Below are positions 1 to 8,869 of a DNA stretch of 32,000 nucleotides, in pieces (the stretch's first letter is position 1; each line of letters begins with the position of its first letter). The stretch comes from Wallemia ichthyophaga EXF-994 (taxonomy: Eukaryota; Fungi; Basidiomycota). A program made the translations under genes and the position numbers. The stretch is taken from assembly GCF_000400465.1 (NCBI RefSeq), contig NW_008806278.1:60001-92000 (forward strand), read 5' to 3'. Below the pieces are notes generated by a model. That model was not told the origin of the DNA. It ran no database searches and saw only the letters and a program-made list of their open reading frames with translations.

Positions 1-181
1 AGGAGATTGAGGATTCGCTGGTGGGTTGTGTTTAAATTGATGAGTCAAGCTGACACTAGTGCAAGCCCCAAGAGCAATCTTTGCGAGCATTTGTGAAATT
101 CTGTGGGTGTAGCTAATGATAGGAGCTCAAAAACGTCTAACCACACATCAAGACAACGAGAAGTATTACAAGTAAGTATAC

Positions 182-981
182 ATGACTTCTTACAATCACT
201 ATCCTCAACTCACAATCCACACAAGCACACCCGGTGGACAGACACAGCACGTCGACGTAGATGCTGCACCAGCGAAGGAGAGGCGCTCGCATTCGCAATC
301 GCAATCGCAGTCACACTCACACGAGAAAGCACACGAGGAATCGCCGTCACACCCGCACTCAGATGACGCCAAGGCAGATGATATCTACGACATGCACGAG
401 TACGACGACATCATGGAGGATATATTGGGAGGAGTTGAGGGTGACTCGTTCGATGCGCAAGGTCTCGACCATGTGCTGAAGGAGCTCAACCTGCACCATC
501 TCGAAAAAGGCTCGGATGCATGGCACAAGCTCAACACCTTCCTCGGGGTGGATCAGACTTACGAGGATGTGAGCGATAGCGAGAGGTGAGTGGAGAGTTG
601 ATTTGGTTCTTATGTGCTGCAGCTATGCTAACGTGCCTTTACAGCGTTGTGTCAGTTGGTGATCTGGGATATAGGCGTGGTGGAGAAGAACAAGACGAGA
701 ACGGTAAACACGGTGAGCGTGGAGAGCCTGGTGGAGAGGATGAAAGCGGTTCACAGAGGGGCTTGAACGACTGGGAACATATCAGCGCTCAAACCCTCTC
801 TCAACTCCCTCCGTCGCCTAATCGAGCACTCAAGTCGCCGCAGAATGAATCCTCTCACCTCAATGAACACCCCGGCGAACAGGATCTCTCACCGCCGCCA
901 GGTAGTCCGAAGCCATTGCCTTTTGCAGGCGGTGCCAATGGCATTGGGGTCGATGAGGTTGAGTTTTTGTATGGAGAGTGA
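182..981 (+). CDS. Hypothetical His/acidic-rich low-complexity protein; 5' end uncertain and may extend off the window
   Basis: ORF 182-589 joins in frame to the 586-981 ORF across a canonical intron 586-644 (GTGAGT...GCTAAC...TACAG), giving ...SDSES-VVSVGDLG. Intron-like signals upstream (21-59, 172-225) could not be resolved into one consistent model. No recognisable domain. Confidence 0.55.
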
Positions 982-1171
982 AAGAAAAAGCGGGAGTGAT
1001 ATTTGAATGAGAATGAGAATGCCAGTGTGTACTTGTACAATTTCGAGTGATACTAAAGGTAACATCAAAATTTTGAGTGCCCGTCATTGTTCATGTGATT
1101 GTGTATTTGCGTAAAGGGTATATGTCAAGCTTAGTGTGTTATTTGTGTATTGTTTCCATTCTAGCCTTCTT

Positions 1172-1534
1172 CTATCCGAGATAAAACTCAATAAAAAGCA
1201 TGACGACAAAGAGAAGAAAGACAGTAGTGATCTTGGGACGTAGAAGCTCCTCGCCGGATTCTAGCTGGCGATTTACGGATACACTCCTTGTGTCTCCTAG
1301 TTGGTTCTCGCTGGGTTCCTCGCTACGTTCGACACACTCGTCGATAAGAAGATTGATATCCTTATTTGCATCAACCACCCACGCCTTATTACCATAGTCG
1401 TATGCCTTGCAACCATCATCGCACTCGATCAAGTCACTTGTGTTGTGCGCCACCAGACGCGAATTGTTAACGTAGAGCCCAGAAACTGGCACTGTGCGGT
1501 TGAAGCAGACTTGGTGTAATAGTTGCGTGCGCAT
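1172..1534 (-). CDS. Orphan 120-aa protein with a C-terminal hydrophobic helix
   Basis: True ATG at 1534; TATAAA 51 nt upstream on the same strand; C-terminal ITTVFLLFVVMLFIEFYLG; four Cys; no recognisable family. Confidence 0.5.
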   Translation of the reverse strand: MRTQLLHQVCFNRTVPVSGLYVNNSRLVAHNTSDLIECDDGCKAYDYGNKAWVVDANKDINLLIDECVERSEEPSENQLGDTRSVSVNRQLESGEELLRPKITTVFLLFVVMLFIEFYLG

Positions 1535-1584
1535 TTCTCCGCAGTGCTTGATGACGTGATTTGATGATGGTTGATCGAATCGGC

Positions 1585-1590
1585 TTTATA
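1585..1590 (-). promoter_or_regulatory. Candidate TATA box for the 1172-1534 orphan
   Basis: Minus strand reads CATATAAAG, 51 nt upstream of the ATG. Confidence 0.35.
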
Positions 1591-1690
1591 TGCACAATTT
1601 TAATTTCCTCAGGAACGCACAGTGTCAACAAGAAATGGATTCCCAGACGGTGTCTAGAGTGTGTCATGAGTGCATGGTATGGAATTCGAT

Positions 1691-1722
1691 AATGCAACAA
1701 TGCAACAATGCAACAATGCGAC
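1691..1722. repeat. 8-bp tandem repeat (AATGCAAC)x3 plus one variant (AATGCGAC)
   Basis: Read directly from the sequence. Confidence 0.9.
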
Positions 1723-1793
1723 ATTGCCAGTGCAAATTTCCGCGATAACTTTAGAATTTTGCATGAGATTTGTACAGGGATAAATTACTAACA

Positions 1794-4284
1794 TTACTGC
1801 GATTCCGTTTGAGTCTGTGTATCAGATGGTGCTTTTTTGCTGTGATTGTATTAACAACGTACCAAAGCATCCAAACGACACTCACATATCGCCCTCCAAG
1901 AACTTATCCAATTCATCTTTTGTATGTTCGAAAGGACGTGGCCCAAGCAGATCAATCATGTCTTGTCTCGAAAGCACCTCCTTTATCAACAGCTTCTGTG
2001 CTACTCTCTCCACTAGTTCCTTCCTCTCACCCAAGAGGACGTGTGTACGTCTATGTGCCTCAGTGATCATATTCCTAACTTGCAAGTCAATCATTTCGCC
2101 CGTCTTCTCGCTAAACGGCTTCTGGAATCCTTCACTGCTGCCCTCGCGACCACCATAGCTAACAGGACCTATTTCAGAGTTCATACCATAATTAGCGCAC
2201 ACTTCGAAAGCCATTTTGGTGATTCTCTGCAAGTCGTCCTGCGCACCAGTAGTAATTCTACCAAAGAAGATCTCTTCCGAAACACGTCCACCTAAAGTCA
2301 TGCACATTCTGTCAATGAGTTGTTCCGTAGTGAACAAAAAGCGCTCTTTAGGGAGGTATTGAGCATAACCGAGTGCACCAACACCGCGTGGAATGATGGA
2401 TACTTTTACTAACGGGTCGGCATGTTCGAGGAACCACCCACAGATAGCGTGTCCAGCTTCGTGGTATGCTACCGTCTTTTTCTCCTCCTTGTCTAAAACT
2501 CGACTCTTGCGCTCAAGTCCAGCAATTACTCGCTCTATCGCTTGCTCAAAGTGCATCAGATTTATTGACTCAGCTCCCTTCCTGGCAGCGTATAGTGCAG
2601 CTTCGTTGCACACGTTGGCTATATCCGCACCTGAGAATCCTGGAGTGAGAAGCGCGAGTCTGTGGGCAAGGTTACTGTAGGGGTTGTCTGACGTGATCAT
2701 TTTCCTTGCATCCCTTTCACGACGCTCAGCTGGAGTGAGGTCATCTTCAACAGCCTCCGCCATCACAACAGGTCCTCCCGTTACATCGTTATTTGCTCCT
2801 GAGAAGGCCATCGACGTCTGCTGGAATAGCGCTGGATTAGGCGTTGGGAAATCTGTGGTTGGTCTGCCGACGCTCGAGCTTGGTCCGGCGTCGCTGTCTT
2901 CAGATGGAGGTCCGACCTTCTTAAGGGTGGTGTCTAGCTTGAGTGGACGGAGGTGGACGAGGAATATTTGAGAGCGGCCACCGACGTCTGGTCTGTCAAC
3001 GGTGATATTTCTGTCGAAACGACCTGGACGCATGAGGGCAGGATCAAGAACATCTGGTCTGTTTGTACCGGCCAGGACAACTACGTGCTGATCGGAGGCA
3101 AAACCGTCCATCTCAACTAGAAGCTGATTCAAGGTACTTTCACGCTCGTCATTTCCGCCACCCATACCACCAGATTTGCCTCTAGATTTACCAATGGCGT
3201 CGATTTCATCTAGGAAGATGATACACGGTATGTTCTTGCGTGCTGTTGCGAAGAGGTCACGTACACGAGAAGGACCAACACCGACAAACATCTCAACAAA
3301 CTCTGAACCTGAGACAGAGAGGAAAGGTACACCAGCTTCACCGGCAGTTGCCTTGGCGAGGAGGGTCTTACCTGTACCAGGTGGACCAGAAAGGATAGCA
3401 CCGCGTGGAATCTTAGCGCCTAATTTCTCAAACTTCTCTGGTTCTTTGAGGAACTTAACGAATTCCATGATTTCCTCTTTGGCTTCATCCATACCGGCGA
3501 CATCTTTGAATCGTGTACCAATTTCACTCTCCTGATTGAAAAGTTTAGCTCTACTTTTACCAATTCCAAAAATACCGCCGCCACCGCCACTGCCACCGCC
3601 GGCTCTTCTGCTCATCCAGTAAAGCAAACCAGCAAAAAGGAGAGTGGGAGCGAAGTGCAAGATCATGTTGAGTGGAGATGTCTCTTCGTGGTAAGCGACA
3701 GGAATCTTTTCGTTGTTTGGAACGCCAAGCTCCTTTTGAGCTTCATCGAGGTGACGTTCAAACGCATCAACGCTGCCAATGGAGAAATAGAGACCGGAGG
3801 AAGAGGAAGCGTCACCACGAAGGCTGACTCTAACTCTGTTACGGTTGACGACGGTGAGTCTGTCAACCAAACCTCTATCGAGGTAGCCAGTTCTGAAGTC
3901 CTGCCAAGTAACTTCTCTCTCGCCTGCTTCCGGAACGAGAAGCTTGTAGGTGAAGTAGGTACCAACGCCCATCATAAGGAGTTGCTGACCGTTGATACGT
4001 ATCTCGGTGTGGGGACCACCGCCACCGCCAGGAAAACCACCAGGGAAACCTGAGCCCTGGTCTTTGTCGTTGTTTTTGTCCTTTTTGCGTTTGTCGGATG
4101 ATTTCTTGGAGTCAGTTGAGTCTTCTTCGTCGTCTTGGTCGTTGCGTTTCTTCTCATCATGGCGCTTATCGTCTCTGCGGAGGATGGGGGACTGAGATAA
4201 ATATCTATTTGAGCTGTTTAAGCTTCTAGGGATGGCAGTGGGCCTGAGAGACCGCTGCCTGAGCAAATTGCTGAGTCTGTGCAT
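1794..4284 (-). CDS. AFG3: Mitochondrial inner-membrane m-AAA protease subunit (AFG3/YTA12/FtsH family)
   Basis: Walker A GPPGTGKT, pore loop [10 protein letters not shown], Walker [31 protein letters not shown], zinc motif HEAGH, two TM segments and an R/S-rich presequence. Probable terminal intron 1840-1885 (GTGAGT...CACAG) extends the C-terminus to ...[18 protein letters not shown] (stop 1794-1796). Confidence 0.96.
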
Positions 4285-4476
4285 ATTTCAGCGTCGTCGT
4301 ACGGAGGAGAGAGAGGGAGCAGCAAGTGAAAATCAAAGTGGAATAAAGAATTTAAATTTAAAAAATATTTCTGCGTCGTTGATATTCTTGATGGGGAATT
4401 GCATCCACGCTGTCCCATTTCGTCCGACTCATGCCTCTCTGACCGGAACCATCAGCACATAGCAGAACCAGCACAC

Positions 4477-5222
4477 ATGGAAAACACAATAGATGACTTA
4501 CACGTACACGTGCCATTATTCGATAAGATAGTAGAATCTACGCGATTGGCTAACATGGATGGTACGTGGCCCGGGATGACCACGCTACTTACCAAAAACG
4601 GTGGGGCTGTATATCTGATTCTGCTTGGTGCTCTACTTGGTGTACAGTTGTGGCAGAGCTACATAGGGGCCGTGGTGACATACAAGACATTGCCCAAAAA
4701 CACTTTCGGTAGACTGCAAGCCAAATTAGTACCTGCATACACTATCGTTGCAAGTACACTTGCTAGTGCTTTGCTTGGTAGGTGGATCGTACACCGCGCC
4801 CACGCGCTCGATTTCGGCAGTCTGTGCGAGGTCGTTAGGGGATTGGAGTACGCGGGTGTTTACTCAGCTATCCACACCATCCACACGGATGCTTTCAACA
4901 CTATCCTCCTCGCTGCTGTCGGTTTGGCTCACTTTGTCAACTTGGCGGTACTCGCTCCGGCTACAACTGAGTGGGTTGGCGCGTAAACATCTGAGCCAGT
5001 TATCTAATTAACTACCCTCTCAGCTTCATGTTCGCCCGTCATCGATTGGAAGCAGACGAAGCAAGCCAAGAAAAGAAAACAGATGTTTCGCCTGAAATGC
5101 ACAAGCTAAACATGAAATTTAACATATTACATTCTCTCAGTAGTTTCGTGGACCTGAGTGCATTGGCTGCTACACTCTTGCACGCTCTGTTTGTGGGATA
5201 CATCGGAACAAACAATCTGTGA
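4477..5222 (+). CDS. TMEM205/DUF4149-like multi-pass membrane protein
   Basis: First ATG at 4477; intron 4971-5023 (GTGGGT...CTCAG) joins the two ORFs in frame (ATTD-FMFARHRLE). Family-like motifs G.QLWQSYIGAVVTYKTLPKNTFGRLQAKLVPAY and KFNILHSLSS; four hydrophobic helices. Confidence 0.8.
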
Positions 5223-5293
5223 GAGGTAAGATGAAAGATCAGTGGAAATGTAGTTTATTTTGGAGTAAATGGAGTTGTAATTATAGTAATTAA

Positions 5294-5342
5294 AGCAATT
5301 GTAGCAATTGTAGCAATTGTAGCAATAACAATAACAATAACA
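5294..5342. repeat. Compound microsatellite (AGCAATTGT)x3 followed by ACAATA-type units
   Basis: Read directly; lies between the convergent stop codons at 5222 and 5362. Confidence 0.9.
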
Positions 5343-5361
5343 TAGTGTACAAATAATTCTC

Positions 5362-8041
5362 TCACTCGTAATCTCTCGGCAGCCTCTCACCAAATGAGCC
5401 AGCAAGATTGCTTACGGGTCCACTGAGGCCACTCTGAGCTTTAAAAGATTCGAGGAAGTTCCTCATAGTCGAGTAGTCACCCTGTTGGAGTTGTTCGTCG
5501 TCAATATCTTGGTCGTCGAAATTGTCATCCAGTGTCTCGTTGTTAGGATCAACGCGTGATAAGATAGATTTGAGCTCGTGGTCCATTGCACGCAGCTGTT
5601 CATCTTCATCGAGTTCTTCAGACACACCGCTTTCTCTTGTGTTTTGACTTGTCTCAGCTTTAGGTTTCGCTCTTGCCAGTTCAGTATCCATTGCGTGCAT
5701 GACGGCTTCGAACGAGTCAAGTTTATCGTTTGGTTTGGCATTGTGAGTGGGAGTGTGAGTTTGTGGTGCATCCTGGTCGCGTACGTCTTCCATCCTGGGT
5801 TGTGGTTTTGGTGGTTGTGGATGGTGTGATGGTGACTCCTCCACATCATCATCATCATCATCCACATTTCTCTTCTCCATCCTTTCATCATCCGGCACAA
5901 AAGCACCATTTGCTCTCCTCTCAGTGAGGATCTTGTTCCACATTTTGTCATCAATCCCAAGCGCCTCTCTAGAAAAGGCGAGGAAATCAGTCTGTTCATT
6001 TTGCATATCAATATCGTCTTCAGCATGGAGATTGACAACCTGGGGAAGGTTCTCGACATCCTCCATCTCATCCTGCCCTAATTCCTTAACTCCACTCTTG
6101 AGTCTCTCCGCATCTCTAGCCTCCTCATTTCCACCGTCCTCCTCCTCCTCATCTGACCAACCGTCGTATTTCTCAGGTGCAAAATGTGGGCGACGCAGCC
6201 GGGCATCTTCCTCTACCTGTCTCTGTTCGATGGGGTCGGAGATGTATTGATGGAGTGTGTTGAGGAGGTGTGTTTGGTTTGCAGGGGAAATATCAACTGT
6301 GGCATCTTCTTCACGCTGTTTCTCCTGTTGCGATGGCTTCTGCGTCGATGCTCCCCATTCATCTTTATTCAGTGAAGGGACGAGGGTGTTTAGACGGTGT
6401 TGTTTGGTCTGGGTGTTTTCTGCAATTGAGTTTGTAGCTTTGTCTGCGTCTGCTTCTTTATCTTTATCCTTCTTTTTGTTTCCATCTTGGCTATCGCTAT
6501 CGCTCTCACCACTGCTTTCCCCCTCCTCATCGGAAAATAAGTCATCTTCACCGAATTTAGCTTGGTCCATACCACCCTCACGATCGACAAAAGCGTGAAG
6601 CTTATCGCTAAAGTGGGCTAGAGTGTCAGCGGAGGAGTGTAGGTGTGCGTCATGGTGACGCTCCGCGTGACTTCCCTGCATACGCTGAGCGAGGTAATCG
6701 TCGAAACTGTCAGCGTTGATGTTGAGCCAGCTATCGTCGTCTTCAGGGAGGATATTGGTGTTGGTGTGAGAGTGAGCGTGTCCACGGTCATCCTCCTCAC
6801 TCTCCCCAAGCAAACGCTCAACCTCGCCCGCAAAGGAGAAACGTTTGTCATACTCCCCCCCAGCCTGTCTGATAGAGTGCCACGTATGCACTGCCTGCGT
6901 GTATCTCTCCACGTACGCCGCACTACCCTCTATCTCGCCCTTGAAGAAACCTATTTGGAGGAGTGTGTTGAGGTATTTGGTGAGTTGCGGAGAAGGAGTA
7001 TCTTGAGGGTTTTGAGAGTTTTGAGAGTTTTGTGTATTTAGTGTACCTTGTGCACCCCGGACATCCCCTTTACTCTCATCATATAGAATCTCAAACCCAC
7101 AGGCCAATTTCATACCTTTATCACGCCAATCGCGTTCTTTACCCGAGTTGGGCCATCTATCGCTGTTAAATACTCTAGGGGGGTGGAAGGGCTGGCCTTG
7201 GAGTTGAGCGTAGGCGGTGCGAGTGAGGGTGAGGGAGACGGGGAGTGAGTCAGAGCCATTTGATCCATGTGCCTGCGTGGGTTTAAAACGCGACATCCTC
7301 TGAGCTGCGCGTGTACCAGCTGCGTCGCGCGAACAGAAAGCTTCTACGGCCATTTGAGTGAGGGTGGAAGCCAGTTGTCGGTGTGGAGTGTGTGTGCTGG
7401 TGAGTGCGCAAAGGTGTGCAAGTGGCGATGGAAGGAAAGCGTTGAAAGTGTGCTGATGGCTGCTTAACGCTTCAGGATAGATATGCGTGCGGGAGAAAGC
7501 GGCGTTTTCGACATGTAAAGGGGCGAGAGTGGGTGTGGAGGGGTTAGTGATAAGTTGGATAGCTGTGCTTGTGCTTAATGGAGTGTCTGGGTGTGATTCC
7601 AATCCAATCAAGTGTAGCCTCCCCTTGTACACCCATAGCCTGTTCACAGCCCTCTCTGGAGTGAGCCAGCTAGGTAGCTGTTCAGCAGCCTCAATGAGGA
7701 TGAACTGACCGTCGTCGTCGTGTGTTCTAGGTGAGAGTGAGCGGGTGTTTGAATAGCCTTGGCGATATAACCACCCACTCAATAACAAAATCATAAGTGA
7801 TGGAAAGTTGGATAAGAATCCAGAGAGTAACCCACTCATCCTCAATCGAATCGCCCACTCGGATGGAACCATTAAGGGCATTATCGGAGACGGTCAACTC
7901 GAATGGGTCCTTGTGCCACAGGTAGTTGTATTTGCAGAGTAATTGATCGACGGTGGATAGAATAACTGTGGCCACTGCGCTTAGACTAGATTCATCGAGT
8001 TGTTTATGTAATTTATAATGAATAGTTGAATTTGAGCTCAT
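5362..8041 (-). CDS. ECD: Ecdysoneless/hSGT1 (ECD) family protein, not the Hsp90 co-chaperone Sgt1
   Basis: ATG 8041; intron 7727-7778 (GTGGGT...CTCACCTAG). Family motifs LWHKDPFEL, GDSIEDEW, DDDGQFILIEAAEQLPSWL.PE.A.NRLWVY.G.LHLI, KLACGFEILY, EDDDSWL, and C-terminal NFLESFKAQSGLSGPVSNL. Confidence 0.9.
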
Positions 8042-8068
8042 TTCAAGGTTTAAACAAGGACGATCAAG

Positions 8069-8845
8069 ATGAATTTGGTTAGAGGTGAGTGGATAGCAAA
8101 ATCAATAAAATTACAATTCAAATACCCTACAGACACGCTCCTGCATATCCCCCTCAAACATCTATTTCACCCAAAGACTGGCTTTGTTGAGAAGCAAGTA
8201 GTCCCCTTGCCTGGGAATATCTTCAATGTTCCGTTAAGGAGGGATATCCTGCACTCCTGCGTTAGATCCTTCTTGCTGTCCAACAGAGACGGGAGTATAG
8301 CCCACGTGAAAAATAGGCACGAAGTCGCTGGCTCACATAGAAAACAACGTCCTCAGAAAGGTACAGGTCATTCTAGAATGGGCACGAAGCAATCGCCGTT
8401 GTTGGTTGGCGGTGGCCAGGCTCATGGCCCACGTAACACCCGCAACTGGACGCGTAAATTGAATAAAAAAGTGTGGTCGATGGGCATGAAAGTAGCGCTA
8501 TCTGATAAGATTAGATCGGCGCAGCTGATGGCTATTAATCAATCTAATCTGGATATTCCATCTACAAACAAACTCTGCAAACAACTGAGCAACCTCAAAT
8601 TGTTGGATAGAACGCTATTCATCACCGACGACTCACTCATCCATCTGGCCTCTAGGAATATCCCTACCATCGACTCCCTTTCCCCTGAAGACGTCCATGT
8701 TTACGACATCCTCCGTTCTAAGAACCTCGTCGTCGACATCGACGCACTCAACCTTCTCCAATCTAAAATTTCTTTAAACGCCGGTGACAGTGTGGATGTT
8801 GAGCTCACTGACTCTCCCCGCCTTGTAGACAATGCCCATCTCTAA
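8069..8845 (+). CDS. MRPL4: Mitochondrial large-subunit ribosomal protein uL4m (YmL6/MRPL4)
   Basis: L4 motifs R.DILH, KNRHEV.GS.RK.RPQKGTG.SR.G, GGG.AHGPR, LN.K.....MK.ALS, RNIP. Probable in-frame 48-nt intron 8085-8132 (GTGAGT...CTACAG). Confidence 0.92.
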   Translation: MNLVRGEWIAKSIKLQFKYPTDTLLHIPLKHLFHPKTGFVEKQVVPLPGNIFNVPLRRDILHSCVRSFLLSNRDGSIAHVKNRHEVAGSHRKQRPQKGTGHSRMGTKQSPLLVGGGQAHGPRNTRNWTRKLNKKVWSMGMKVALSDKIRSAQLMAINQSNLDIPSTNKLCKQLSNLKLLDRTLFITDDSLIHLASRNIPTIDSLSPEDVHVYDILRSKNLVVDIDALNLLQSKISLNAGDSVDVELTDSPRLVDNAHL

Positions 8846-8869
8846 TCCATCTCTTTCTTCTTTACTTCC

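Noticed and set aside
2671-2934. AFG3 insertion as an intein or intron
   Set aside because: No Cys/Ser start or His-Asn end and too short for a typical intein; no matching GT/branch/AG set and far above the local intron size.
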